Below are positions 1 through 10,255 of a DNA stretch of 64,000 nt, in pieces (position 1 is the first letter of the stretch; each line of letters starts with the position of its first letter). The notes beneath the pieces were generated by a model. That model had not been told where the DNA came from, made no database searches, and worked only from the letters and a program-made list of their open reading frames with translations. The DNA comes from Candidatus Poribacteria bacterium. Its GTDB lineage: Bacteria > Poribacteria > WGA-4E > WGA-3G. Both the position numbers and the translations under genes were made by a program. The stretch lies in the NCBI GenBank assembly GCA_965205065.1, contig CBDBFT010000001.1:1888744-1952743 (forward strand). Direction: 5' to 3'.

Positions 1-588
1 AGTTTTTCTCTATTGCCATGGACTTTCTATGAACGCCATCGCAAAAATGCTTCAAGCCTCCCCTTCCACTATCCTTGAATGGATAAGAAAATTCGGTGCT
101 GAACATGCGAAACCCCCTGAACCCCAGGAAACCGATACTGTCGTGCTTGAACTTGATGAGATGTGGCACTATTTGAAAAAAAAAAGCAGAAACTCTGGAT
201 ATGGAAAGCTTTGTGTCGTGATACTGGAGAACTTATTGCCTGGGAGTGTGGTGATCGGGATAAAGCGACATTGAAGAAACTAATGACTCGTTTGGAAAAA
301 TGGGATGTGAAGGTTTATTATACGGATAACTATCAGGTTTATGAATCGGTTCTGCCCAAAGATAAGTTAGTTCAGGACAAAGCAGAAACGCACGGTATTG
401 AACGCAACAATTGTTTGATGCGGCATTGGTTTGGGCGTTTTAAGCGCAAGTCTATTATCGTTTCGAAGAGTGTGGAAATGGTAAATCTAACGATCGCCTT
501 ATTTGCGAGATTTCGCATCAATGGGTACGTTTATGACATCTTAAAAATCGGGAAAACCGAACTTGGTATCATTATTTAAGAGAAAACC
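1..588 (+). mobile_element. IS1-family insertion sequence, right part; left end lies outside the window
   Basis: Encodes an IS1-type transposase. The probable right end ...GAGAAAACC (~588) coincides with the point where rsmB similarity stops. Confidence 0.85.
2..579 (+). CDS. IS1-family transposase (InsA/InsB-like), 5'-partial, joined by a -1 frameshift
   Basis: An HTH-like frame (LSMNAIAKML...TILEWIRKFG, ELDEMWHY) is open from position 2. It shifts at an A10 run (176-185) into the DDE frame (KLWIWKA...YTDNY...IERNNCLMRH...KRKS). Confidence 0.85.
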
Positions 589-998
589 CTCTGCGATTCA
601 ATGGAAGGATAGGACAATTCTGAGGATTTACGTTGTAAATTCCTCAGAACAGCATTTATGAAACCTGCTGTCTTGCTGCCCTTTTTAGTTAATTGGACGG
701 TTTCATAGATCGCAGCATGAGACGGAATACCATCAAGATGTAATAACTGGAACGCACCAAGCCTCAAGATGCTACGATGCTTGATGTCTAACTTAAACCG
801 GGGATTGACAAACTTGCTTAGAACCCAATCCAATTGGTATTGCCACCGAATAACCCCATAAACTAAAGCATTCGCTAACCGTTGTTCTCTCGGCTTAATC
901 GGATTGGATGAAAAGGTATCGTCAACAACTGCAGCAATTGATGTATCAGTTTCGTTAAGATTTAGCAAACACGTCAATGCAGCTTCGCGTGCGTTCAT
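576..998 (-). pseudogene. rsmB: 16S rRNA m5C967 methyltransferase RsmB/Sun, N-terminal NusB-like domain only, truncated by IS1
   Basis: Motifs AREAAL, LVYGVIRW, ILRLGAFQLLHLD.IP.HAAI.ETV and GFINAVLR. The last codons (RVFS*) come from the IS end, and the methyltransferase domain is absent. Confidence 0.75.
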
Positions 999-1027
999 TG
1001 ATATTATCCTACACGCAACTGTCTGTG

Positions 1028-1300
1028 CTAAGCAGACTCGGCTATAAGCGCGTTCAGTTTTCTGCTGATACGGGATTTCTGACGATTCGCAGTACCCTTT
1101 TTGATGACACCTTTACTGGCTGCTCTATCAAACAAACTTGCAGTCGTCTTGCATAGCTGTTGAGCATTTTCCACGTCACCAGCCTCCAACGCAGTTTCAG
1201 CATTCTTCAGAGCAGTTCTAAGCGTTGTCTTTCGATGTCTATTACGTGCACGTTTTTTCGCATCGGCACGAACATGTTTCATTGCAGATGATCTATTCAA
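1028..1300 (-). CDS. rpsT: 30S ribosomal protein S20
   Basis: S20 signature SAMKHVR...RARNR..KT.LRT..K...DRAASKGVIKK.TA.R.KSR; TTG start after an AGGAG RBS. Confidence 0.95.
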   Translation of the reverse strand: MNRSSAMKHVRADAKKRARNRHRKTTLRTALKNAETALEAGDVENAQQLCKTTASLFDRAASKGVIKKGTANRQKSRISRKLNALIAESA

Positions 1301-1447
1301 AACTCAAACTCCTTATTTAAAATGTATAACGCAGGTGTATAAAACTAATTAATGATACCACAAAAAACGCTTCTTGTCCACTTTATTGAATTTGGGGGTG
1401 CGTAAAGTTATTGTCACTATAAGTGTCAATTTTGGGATTTCATATCC

Positions 1448-1626
1448 TCTTAATAGTAGTAGGCACTCTCCGAGTACCGTCTCTTTAATAGTAGTAGGCA
1501 CTCTCCGAGTACCGTCTCTTTAATAGTAGTAGGCACTCTCCGAGTACCGTCTCTTTAATAGTAGTAGGCACTCTCCGAGTACCGTCTCTTTAATAGTAGT
1601 AGGCACTCTCCGAGTGCCGTCTCTTA
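1448..1626 (+). repeat. Tandem array, 5 x 35 bp, of GTAG-type REP-like palindrome (family A)
   Basis: Unit TAATAGTAGTAGGCACTCTCCGAGT(A/G)CCGTCTCTT at 1451, 1486, 1521, 1556 and 1591; hairpin GGCACTC-TCC-GAGTGCC; no spacers. Confidence 0.95.
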
Positions 1627-2814
1627 CGATAGAAGAGACTGATAAACCGCATGAAGTTTCTCTGCTATACTGTGCCAATCGTAATCCTGTTCAACACGGA
1701 CGCGTCCGTTAGCTCCGATTTTTTGACGCAACGCACGGTCTGTCAGCAATCGGGTTACTGCATCAGCAAAGATTTCAGGTTCATCAGCGATGAGAATCTC
1801 CTCACCATCCCGCAGTGCTAATCCCTCCGCGCCAACATGCGTTGAAACAACCGCTTTACCCATCGCCAATGCTTCAAGGATTTTCAAACGTGTACCACTC
1901 CCAATACGTAGCGGTACAACAAACACCGTAGCTTCTGCAAAGTAAGGTTTGATTTCAGGAACACGTCCTGTCACGACAACCCCTTCCATAGCTGTCAACC
2001 CTTGCACCCGTTCTGATGGATTTCCTCCAACAATAGTAAATTTAACATCTGGGACGTCCTTCTGTATCTGAGGTAATATCTCTTCAGCGAAAAATCTCGC
2101 AGCATCTTCGTTCGGATACCAATCCATACTACCAATGTAGATAAGATGTGCAGTATCTTCAGATCCGTAATCTGGAGAGAAATGCGTTACATCAACACCG
2201 TTAGGAATTACTTTCACGGTGCCTTCTGCACAATAACGTTCAAAAACAGCAGCGTCCACTTCAGAAGTGCAAGTAACAACATCAAACTTAGGACTTAACA
2301 CCCGTTCATACCTTTGAAATGCGCGCTTTTGACTCCAATATGCACTTATGTAGAATAGATGCTCGGTTTCACGCTGTAAACGCTGCCAAATTGCTGAGTC
2401 AACGTTTTGCAGTGAAAGCACACCGGGTAGGTCTGTTTCTGTATGAAATTGTGCTGTATGGAACATCTCATAGTGAACGATGTCAAAAGTTTCTGTCGTC
2501 AGCAATTCCCTGAATGTTTCTCGATATACCGGGACATCGTAGCGTGCAACAGTGATAGGTCTTCTCTTGAACAAGGCAGAACAGAACGTTTTTGCGGATA
2601 AGGGGGGTAGTGTTGAAGCATATTGCACAAGATGAACTTTAACACCAAGCTGCTCAATATTTGCAATGCTATTCTTATCAGTCGGTTGAGTCTCTAATGC
2701 AAGTAGTGTTACATCATTTTTCAGAGCAATCTGTTTCAGGAGATTAAAAACACGGATACGACCACCATCAGTGAGAGGGAACGGCAAGGTAGGAGATAGA
2801 AATAGAATTCTCAT
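1624..2814 (-). CDS. Glycosyltransferase family 4 (GT-B)
   Basis: MRILFLSP.LPFPL.DGG, IPNGVD, VFVVPLRIGSGTRLKILEALAMGKAVVST..GAEGL. Confidence 0.9.
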   Translation of the reverse strand: MRILFLSPTLPFPLTDGGRIRVFNLLKQIALKNDVTLLALETQPTDKNSIANIEQLGVKVHLVQYASTLPPLSAKTFCSALFKRRPITVARYDVPVYRETFRELLTTETFDIVHYEMFHTAQFHTETDLPGVLSLQNVDSAIWQRLQRETEHLFYISAYWSQKRAFQRYERVLSPKFDVVTCTSEVDAAVFERYCAEGTVKVIPNGVDVTHFSPDYGSEDTAHLIYIGSMDWYPNEDAARFFAEEILPQIQKDVPDVKFTIVGGNPSERVQGLTAMEGVVVTGRVPEIKPYFAEATVFVVPLRIGSGTRLKILEALAMGKAVVSTHVGAEGLALRDGEEILIADEPEIFADAVTRLLTDRALRQKIGANGRVRVEQDYDWHSIAEKLHAVYQSLLS

Positions 2815-2817
2815 GTT

Positions 2818-3945
2818 TTAGGGATCATTTTGATCGGATATTCCGACCCTATTCTTTAATTTCGCAAAAAAGGCAAGCATATCTATCTTGAGTTGTTGGC
2901 GAGAAGTGAGTGTCGGTTCGGGTGGCATGAAAATCGTTCCGCGTTCACTTTGTACCCATGCGTTTATTCTGTCATTGATTTTCAGGAGAAGCCAGCCGCT
3001 ATCAAGGTCAAGATAAACCTTCAAACGACTATCTTCATGGCGAATAGTATATTTCTGTGTTCCATCGGTGATCTTCCAACTAACGTCATCTTTATCTTGT
3101 ATTACTTTCGCTTTTGAAGATAACTGTATATCCAGACTTTTAAAACCATTGTAAATTTCATCGGGAAGTTTTTCTTCAGGTAAGGGAATCTGAGGGTCCG
3201 AATCGACCTCAAACAGGAGCGTTTGAATAGGATATTTGGGGTACTGATAGACATTAATCTTTTTAGCGTCACTCCGAAGTTCATAACTCTGTCGGTGCTT
3301 ATTGTCCGTAATTAGCCACTGTTTTCCGGGTTTTACAACAGTGAATTCTATGTCATCTGAGAGTATCATGCCGTTGAGATCAAACGCTTCCAGTAAATCG
3401 GGCAGAAAAATTTCAAGTTGATCTCCAGTTTTCTGAATCAGATATCCTGCCCCTGTACTATCTGTTAGGAGCCAACCTTCTCCACTCAGTGTGACTTTTA
3501 TCTTCGGTGTTTTAGACTTCAAGCGGATGCCGACTGCTGAATCCGCGAACATCTTCTGCCAATCAAACCCGGTGGAAACTTCTTTGTCTAATAGGGGGGC
3601 GTTGTATTTTGCACGAACACCTAAAAGAACATTGAACAGCAACTCATCTGATAAGATACTGCTGTTTAAATTGCTTAGATATGTGCGGTCTAAACTGTAG
3701 AGATGAGAGTTCTTTGTAGTTCCAATCGGACCTGAATTGACGGTAGGTCTTCCGCGAACGGCTGTCCGCACATGCACCTGCAATTTTGGTTGTCCGCGCT
3801 CCGCGACAGGTGGTGCTTGCATCACATAGACGCAGAAAAAGAACCCAATAATTAGGAGGACAAATACAAATACGAATAGTTTTTTGAGTACTGATTTCAT
3901 TTTAGCATTTGGTTGATGAACAATTGAGTCATGTTGTTTTAACAT
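2818..3945 (-). CDS. Membrane-anchored hypothetical protein with three internal repeats and a possible split SH3b domain
   Basis: N-terminal TM helix; motif W.(L/I)TD....Y.(I/L)......(L/I).(V/I)(Y/F) occurs three times. Confidence 0.7.
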   Translation of the reverse strand: MLKQHDSIVHQPNAKMKSVLKKLFVFVFVLLIIGFFFCVYVMQAPPVAERGQPKLQVHVRTAVRGRPTVNSGPIGTTKNSHLYSLDRTYLSNLNSSILSDELLFNVLLGVRAKYNAPLLDKEVSTGFDWQKMFADSAVGIRLKSKTPKIKVTLSGEGWLLTDSTGAGYLIQKTGDQLEIFLPDLLEAFDLNGMILSDDIEFTVVKPGKQWLITDNKHRQSYELRSDAKKINVYQYPKYPIQTLLFEVDSDPQIPLPEEKLPDEIYNGFKSLDIQLSSKAKVIQDKDDVSWKITDGTQKYTIRHEDSRLKVYLDLDSGWLLLKINDRINAWVQSERGTIFMPPEPTLTSRQQLKIDMLAFFAKLKNRVGISDQNDP

Positions 3946-3996
3946 AGTTTACAACATGCAACCGTCTTATTGCAAGCCTTATTTTTTTGATTATAC

Positions 3997-4025
3997 TTGA
4001 CTTAATGAAAAATCTATGATATACT
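3997..4025 (+). promoter_or_regulatory. Sigma70-type promoter for tRNA-tilS-hpt
   Basis: TTGACT-17 bp-TATACT with an extended TG, 21 bp upstream of the tRNA. Confidence 0.65.
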
Positions 4026-4046
4026 GTTTAATATATATTCCTACTT

Positions 4047-4118
4047 GCCGGTGTAGCTCAGTGGTAGAGCGCACGACTCATAATCGTGTGGTCCGGAGTT
4101 CAACTCTCCGCACCGGCA
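4047..4118 (+). tRNA. tRNA with CAT anticodon, most likely tRNA-Ile2 (lysidine-modified); CCA not encoded
   Basis: Cloverleaf: acceptor GCCGGTG/CACCGGC, D arm GCTC/GAGC, anticodon arm CACGA-CTCATAA-TCGTG, T loop TTCAACT. Paired G1-C72 argues against initiator tRNA. Confidence 0.9.
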
Positions 4119-4139
4119 CTCTTCTTTAAAGGCATTTCC

Positions 4140-5555
4140 ATGAAATCCCGTTTTGTCCAAGACATGCACCGTTTCATATCTAAACAGAACATGATAAAAG
4201 AGGGTGAAACGGTTCTCGTTGCTGTTTCTGGCGGTGCGGACTCCCTTGCGTTGCTATACGGTTTGCACGAAATACGGGAACTTATGAAATGCCACCTTCA
4301 CGTTGTGCATCTCAATCACAGTCTCAGAGACAATTCTTCTGAAGATGCTGACTTTGTTCACAAACACGCAACACGTCTGGAGCTACCTTTTACGGACCAT
4401 ACTGTTGACGTCTCACGTTTAGCAGATGAATGGAAACTCTCTACCGAAACTGCAGGAAGAAAAGCACGATATGAATTCTTTGATAAAGTCTCTGCTGATG
4501 TAGGTGCAACAAGAGTTGCTTTGGGACATCAACAAGACGATATTGCAGAAACAGTGCTAATGAATCTCGTCCGTGGTGGAGGAACCGACGGTTTAAAGGG
4601 TATTGCTCCTATCAGAGATGATAAGTATATTCGTCCTCTAACGATTTTCACGCGTCAAGAGATTGAAGCATATCTCAAGTCAATAAACCTTATCCCCCGA
4701 GAAGACCCAACGAATGCAGATATGCATCACCTCCGCAACCGCGTTCGTCATGAACTCCTTCCACTCCTTGAAAGGGACTATAACCCTAATATCAGAGTAG
4801 GATTAAACCGAACAGCAGCTATTATCGGCTCAGAATCAGACTATCTTGATGAACTAACCCGAAAAGCATTTAATCATTGCCGGCTTAACGAATCCAACCC
4901 CCCATCTATAGTGTTAAGTAGAGATACATTCCTACATTATCATATCGCTATACAGAGACGTATAATTAGACTATCTGTGTCAGAATTAAAAGGCACTATG
5001 CAAGATTTCACTTTCCAACACAGCAATTCAATACTTGACATTATACTCGGGGACAAACCTAATGCAAAAATCACTTTGCCAAATGGAATTCAGTTTAGAC
5101 GTGCGTATCAGAACCTCTTTTTTGAGAGGGAAGCGATCAAAACTGAAAACTATCAATATCCACTTAATGTTCCCGGTAGAACCACTGTTGCACAGTTAAA
5201 TACCGAAATTATCACAAAAATATATGAGATGCCAGATAATGAACCCCCAACTATACCCAACGGTATTTTTGAAGCACTGTTAGATTTCAGCAAGATAAAA
5301 CTACCGATAAAAATGCGAAATAGACGAAAGGGTGATCGAATTCAACCCCACGGTATGCAAGGGACGAAAAAGATTAAGGACTATTTTATGGACCTAAAAG
5401 TCCCACAATGCGAAAGGGATCGTATACCAATTATCGTAAGTAGTGATGCAATACTCTGGATTATCGGTTTTACAACCAGTGATAAGCATAAACTCCAATC
5501 TGAAACACGAAAATGTCTTCATTTGCAATATGGAAAAATTGATAACATCTCCTGA
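4140..5555 (+). CDS. tilS: tRNA(Ile)-lysidine synthetase
   Basis: PP-loop VAVSGGADS, HLNH.LR, GHQQDD.AET, IRPL, RNRVRHELLP and a TilS C-terminal domain. Start moved to ATG 4140 because the ORF-track start overlaps the tRNA. Confidence 0.95.
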   Translation: MKSRFVQDMHRFISKQNMIKEGETVLVAVSGGADSLALLYGLHEIRELMKCHLHVVHLNHSLRDNSSEDADFVHKHATRLELPFTDHTVDVSRLADEWKLSTETAGRKARYEFFDKVSADVGATRVALGHQQDDIAETVLMNLVRGGGTDGLKGIAPIRDDKYIRPLTIFTRQEIEAYLKSINLIPREDPTNADMHHLRNRVRHELLPLLERDYNPNIRVGLNRTAAIIGSESDYLDELTRKAFNHCRLNESNPPSIVLSRDTFLHYHIAIQRRIIRLSVSELKGTMQDFTFQHSNSILDIILGDKPNAKITLPNGIQFRRAYQNLFFEREAIKTENYQYPLNVPGRTTVAQLNTEIITKIYEMPDNEPPTIPNGIFEALLDFSKIKLPIKMRNRRKGDRIQPHGMQGTKKIKDYFMDLKVPQCERDRIPIIVSSDAILWIIGFTTSDKHKLQSETRKCLHLQYGKIDNIS

Positions 5556-6078
5556 TAAAGCCTTAATCACTGAAACACAAATTCGAGGACGGATACGCGA
5601 ACTCGGCGAGCAGATATCTAAAGACTATGCTGACCGAGAACTTGTGTTAGTCTGTGTACTCAGAGGTGCAACGCTGTTCTTTGCTGATCTGGCACGAGAA
5701 ATATCTTTACCACTGCGATTTGAATTCTTGCAAACTTCAAGCTATAACGATAGCACACGACCCTCTAAAAAGATAGAATTCATACGAACCGGCAGTAATT
5801 ATATTGAACACAGAGATGTTCTCATCATAGAAGACATAATTGACACTGGACGTACCTTGAGTTTTTTATTAGAACATCTTAATACCCTAAATCCAAATTC
5901 TATAAAAATTTGCACGCTTCTGAACAAACCATCCCGTCGTGAAGTCCCTGTTAATATTGACTACACAGGATTTGAAGTGCCAAATGTGTTTTTAGTCGGT
6001 TACGGACTTGACTACGCGCAGATGTATCGTAATTTACCCTATATCGCAGTAATTGAACCTTCCAGTGATGCCACTTAA
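5530..6078 (+). CDS. hpt: Hypoxanthine phosphoribosyltransferase
   Basis: VLRGA..FFADL, PRPP motif VLIIEDIIDTGRTL, FLVGYGLDY...YRNLPYI; overlaps the tilS stop. Confidence 0.95.
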   Translation: MEKLITSPDKALITETQIRGRIRELGEQISKDYADRELVLVCVLRGATLFFADLAREISLPLRFEFLQTSSYNDSTRPSKKIEFIRTGSNYIEHRDVLIIEDIIDTGRTLSFLLEHLNTLNPNSIKICTLLNKPSRREVPVNIDYTGFEVPNVFLVGYGLDYAQMYRNLPYIAVIEPSSDAT

Positions 6079-6088
6079 AGTCAATCAA

Positions 6089-6190
6089 TTGTGCCTCTTT
6101 TGTAGCACATTCTGTTAGATTGTGCTTCTTTGTAGCACATTCATCCTTGATTGTGCCTCTTTGTAGCACATTCTGTTAGATTCTGCCTCT
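6089..6190 (+). repeat. Cluster of REP-like GTAGCACATTC(TGTTA/ATCCTT)GATTGTGC units (family B)
   Basis: Three to four alternating copies. Related copies at ~10125, 12131, 12216, 12363 (minus) and 42607, 48879. Confidence 0.85.
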
Positions 6191-6215
6191 TTCTGAAACA
6201 TTTATCCTTACATAT

Positions 6216-7198
6216 TTATTGCTTCGGTTTAACAAAAGCATTAAGATCCCAGAGATACACGACACCATCATAAGCTCCACTTGCGAGCATGTTTCCATTC
6301 GGACTGAACGCCATTGAAATGTAAACGTGCCAATGCCCTTTAATATCGGTAATGCCCTTTAATATCGGTAATGTGTGTTTTTTTGGAAACATCCCAAAGG
6401 ACAATGTTGTTTATACTTCCACAAGCCAATGTCTGACCGTCCCGACTAAGCAACACAGAGTCAACCTCCAACATAAGTCCTGTAAAGGATGCTATTTGCT
6501 TTGAAGTCCCAACATCCCATAATCGCGCTGTTTCGTCATCACTTCCACTTGCTAACACACCATCCGGACTGAACGCCAAAGCGTTAACACTGTCCGTATG
6601 ACCCGTAAGCGTCGCGTGGTGATTTCCAGTAGCAACGTCCCATAGGCGGATATTTGTGTCTTTACCTCCACTTACTAACAACTTACCATCCGGACTAAAT
6701 ACCACTGACAGTACCGCATCTGTATGACCCGTGAGTGTTGCTTTGTGATTTCCAGTAGCTACATCCCATAAGCGAACAGTTTTGTCATCACCACAGCTTG
6801 CTAAGCAGCTTGTGAACCGCTGCACGCCGCTTTTCGTCTGTAGCTTTCTCACGCTCCCGTGTCATGTGTTCCGAATAATAAGCCTCTTCCAATTCCATCG
6901 GATCCGTGTTTTCTAATGATTGCGGTTGAGGTTTTTTCTTTCGGTACCACGTGATACACTTACGATTCGTGATAGCATATAACCATCCTGAAAAGCGGTT
7001 AGGTTTTTTAAGGGTCGCGAGTTTTTGATACGCAGTAATGAATACATCTTGTGTAATTTCTTGTGCGATGTGAAAATCACCAATTTTTTGCCATACCAGT
7101 GTGTGTATCTGATCTTGGTATTTATCTACAAGTGCCGTAAAGGCGTGTTGATCACCTTCAAGTGTGCGTTCAATCAACTCTACATCACCGTGTTTCAT
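6216..7198 (-). pseudogene. ECF sigma factor-WD40 fusion, internally deleted and doubly frameshifted
   Basis: Sigma region 2 (GDQHAFTALV..YQ, AQEITQDVF..AY.KL..L) stops at LLSKLW and joins WD40 repeats in another frame. A 19-bp tandem duplication (6332-6369) shifts the last repeat. Confidence 0.75.
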
Positions 7199-7484
7199 CG
7201 GGTACCTCGCAAAGAATATAATCTTTTTAATTTATAGACGCGAATTTGTGTTGGAAGGTTGCACTTTAAAAAAAATAAAGTACCTTTTGAGGAAGCAAAA
7301 GTAATTAATCTAAGAAGTTGGTGGGAAAAAAGCGGTGCTTCCGCATTGTAGAGGAAAAACACGCTGAATATTCTATTTATGTGAAACAGGGTTATGTGTA
7401 TAACCCTATTCAACGGTTGCGGGTGTTAGGTCAATGTGGTGTAGATGTGTTCCCAAACATTATAGGTGTAAAGTTAAGAAAAAT

Positions 7485-7895
7485 TAGAAGATCTTATGAA
7501 TCACTCTAAATCCTTATGGTTATACGGGTTGTCTTCTCTTCAGTCCCGACAAATGCCAAACGCGCATTTGGCGTTGATTTGGTAGGGACGATATGTTTAT
7601 AGAAAAATGTGTACTCCACCTCTCTTCAGTCCCGTAGGGACGATATGTTTATATCAGAATGAGCTACTACACATATCGTCCCTACGGGACTGAAGCGGGT
7701 TTCTGGCATCTAAAATTCCTTAACTTTATACCCGCCGAATACCAAACGCGTATTCGGCGTTGATTTGGATGAATGCCATGCGCGCATTCACATCGTTGAT
7801 TTATAGGTTTCGCTTCGCTCTACCCGACCTACAAATTTAACTTGGACTAACCACTATGCTCTTAATAGTAGTAGGCACTTTCCAAGTGCCGTCAA
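7485..7895. repeat. Nested cluster of short palindromic repeats (families A and C, CAAACGC hairpins)
   Basis: Family C CAGTCCCGTAGGGACGATATGTTTATA copies in both orientations (7538-7695); hairpin cassettes at 7548 and 7733; family A copy at 7859-7893. Segment 7485-7547 is homologous to 60013-60090 (minus). Confidence 0.85.
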
Positions 7896-7952
7896 AGGTT
7901 TATCACAATTTTACGAACTTCTCTCATGTCTAAAACGACTAATTTCGTAAGT

Positions 7953-8108
7953 TTAAATAAAGATCTTATAAGTCCGCAACCCTGATACGGGTCCAATAAT
8001 TGTCCATATACTACCGATAACATAATCACCCAATATTAATCCTAAGAACAAGGGTGCAACTTGACGATGTAAGCGCAAACCCCCAGGTCGCAAAATCAAG
8101 TATTTCAG
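7953..8108 (-). pseudogene. C-terminal remnant of a multi-pass membrane protein (DUF6784/DUF6785-like)
   Basis: Hand translation LKYLILRPGGLRLHRQVAPLFLGLILGDYVIGSIWTIIGPVSGLRTYKIFI*. No 5' part is present; it is cut next to the repeat motif at 8115. Confidence 0.5.
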
Positions 8109-8694
8109 CAGGTAGTGCGTAAAGTTTTTGCACTCTTTTTGTCAGAATCGCGGAGTGCGCGGATTACGCGGAGGACGCGGAAGGGATTTCTTGTGCATTT
8201 CAAGTTTACTTGGGTGTGTAAAGTTTTTGTCACTCTATTTGTCTGAATCGCGGATTACGCGCCAGTTACATAGATGGACACGGAAATTGACCCTCCAATT
8301 GCGCGAATTATTAAATTCAAAACAAAAAATCACAAAATATATCATTTTTTTCATATTTAACTTGACAAATGTTTTTATATATGTTACCATAAATATATGT
8401 TATATATGTTCTTGCGATATCATTATATAAATGGGTGTTGACAATACTATTATTCACAATCTACAGATAACTATATTTCGCATATAATTAAATCTTAATC
8501 AAAAAATGAAAATAATTCAATTTTATTCAATATTAACTTGACAACATTATATATTTATGTTATCATAAATATAAAGTTATTTATATACTTACTTTTAGTT
8601 TATGTAAAAAGGTGTTACAATGCTATTCTACAAAGTGTCCAGAAATGATCATAATATCAGAAAAAAGCCAAGTTTTTGTGCTTTTTGTACATAT

Positions 8695-9194
8695 TTCAAC
8701 TTAGAGAGAATTATGTCACGTTTCCTGAAAATAAAAAAATTAAATCTGTCAGAAAACACACCACAAAACCTTACTGACATTGACTGGATAAGCAATTCGC
8801 AAAAAGTCACGGCTGTGACAAAGCCGTGACAAAGCCGTGACAAATTTGTCACGTTTTCGTGACTTTTTATGAATAGGAGAATATCATGATATTACAAGAG
8901 AATCACAAAGAATTCGCACTCAAATGCTTCACAGAGTATATGAAACCCACTTTTTATGCATGTTTCAACTTAGAGAGAATTATGTCACGTTTCTTGAAAA
9001 TAAAAAAATTAAATCTGTCAGAAAACACGCCACAAAACCTTACAGTCATTGACTGGATAAGCAATTCGCAAAAAGTCACGGCTGTGACAAATTTGTCACG
9101 TTTTCGTGACTTTTTGAATAGGAGAATATCATGATATTACAAGAGAATCACAAAGAATTTACCGTCAAATGCTTCGCAGCATATATGAAACCCA
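8695..9194 (+). repeat. Imperfect tandem duplication (~230-260 bp) of a leader, RBS and gene start
   Basis: TTCAACTTAGAGAGAATTATGTCACG...AATAGGAGAATATCATGATATTACAAGAG...ATGAAACCCA occurs at ~8695 and ~8964 and contains the GTGACAAATTTGTCAC palindrome. Confidence 0.9.
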
Positions 9195-9513
9195 GCGAGG
9201 TCGTTAAGGCATTTATGCAAGAATTTAAAAACGATCTGCCAAAACCACCGTCTCCACCACAACCTCCCAACTATTCAACGAATCACGCGATGCGTTCTTA
9301 AAAGGCAAAATAGATGATAACATGACTGACGTCGGTTTAACACAGGACGATAACATTCAACAAGAATTAGAAATCATCTTTGGTCATGTCAAAAACCTTA
9401 TGTTCTTAGAGAAAGAACCGAAGGAGATACTAAAACACGTAGACAGAGCACATGCCATACTCAAAACCATCTCGTCATACAACAAGTTAGATCGGAAAGA
9501 CACCAACAAATAG
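9131..9513 (+). pseudogene. Frameshifted gene remnant, DUF2280-like (tentative)
   Basis: MILQENHKEFTVKCFAAYMKPSEVVKAFMQEF... after an AGGAG RBS, then in another frame LFNESRDAFLKGKIDDNMTDVG... running into ORF 9322-9513. Confidence 0.45.
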
Positions 9514-9514
9514 G

Positions 9515-9690
9515 CTCTTAATGGTAGTAGGCACACTCCGAGTGCCGTCTCTTAATGGTAGTAGGCACTCTCCGAGTGCTGTCTCTTAATGGTAGTAGGC
9601 ACTCTCCGAGTGCTGTCTCTTAATGGTAGTAGGCACACTCCGAGTGCCGTCTCTTAATGGTAGTAGGCACTCTCCGAGTGCCGTCTCTTA
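9515..9690 (+). repeat. Tandem array, 5 x 34 bp, REP-like family A
   Basis: CTCTTAATGGTAGTAGGCAC(A/T)CTCCGAGTGC(C/T)GT at 9515, 9549, 9583, 9617 and 9651. Flanked by the near-direct repeat GGAAAGACACCA(A/G)CAAA at 9494 and 9699. Confidence 0.95.
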
Positions 9691-9787
9691 TGGAAAGTGG
9701 AAAGACACCAGCAAACAGTTCCAGAACACAGATGAAAACATTCCCACACAATAGTCAGCAATTTAGGGAAGAACGTTAGTGCGTCTG

Positions 9788-9918
9788 ATACACCTTTCGC
9801 CCCTCTGGGGCTTGCTATTAGTTGGATCAATGCGCGGACTATACACCTTTCGCCCCTCTGGGGCTTGCTATTGGTTGGATCAATACGGACTATACACTTT
9901 TTCACCTCTCTGAGGCTT
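9788..9918 (+). repeat. Tandem ~52-bp repeat with GCCCC-TCT-GGGGC hairpin (2.5 copies)
   Basis: ATACACCTTTCGCCCCTCTGGGGCTTGCTATT at 9788 and 9841; degenerate copy at 9892. Confidence 0.85.
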
Positions 9919-10255
9919 TGGAAAATCACATATCAGCACCCGACAAATGCCAAACGCGCATTCATAGCGTTGATTTCAGTGCGGAAGGTGTATAGAGAAC
10001 GTATCCCACGAAAACCCAAGCACCAGCGGTGCGAAAGGTATGAGGATAGAATCGGTTTTATATATAATCCGACAAGAAGCGGGAATATCCTTAAATTAAC
10101 GCTTATGGTAATTGGATAAAGACAGCACAATCAAGGATGAATGTGCTACAGTCATGGTCATGGGAATCGCTAAATTGACTTCTATGATATGTAAAATTAT
10201 TGTCACCTTTTTTGACAGAATCTTTACACGTCCGTTTATGTACATAGCACTCCGC

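Noticed and set aside
1448..1626. CRISPR array (35-bp palindromic repeats; also 9515, 18080, 44463)
   Set aside because: Units are head-to-tail with no unique spacers, and there are no cas genes in the window.
4047..4118. Initiator tRNA-fMet
   Set aside because: G1-C72 is paired, and the anticodon stem lacks the three consecutive G-C pairs.
4086..4139. N-terminal extension of TilS from the ORF track
   Set aside because: It overlaps the tRNA gene; ATG 4140 is the plausible start.
8300..8650. Replication origin (AT-rich region)
   Set aside because: No DnaA-box cluster, dnaA or rep gene was seen; the blocks are better explained as duplicated leaders.
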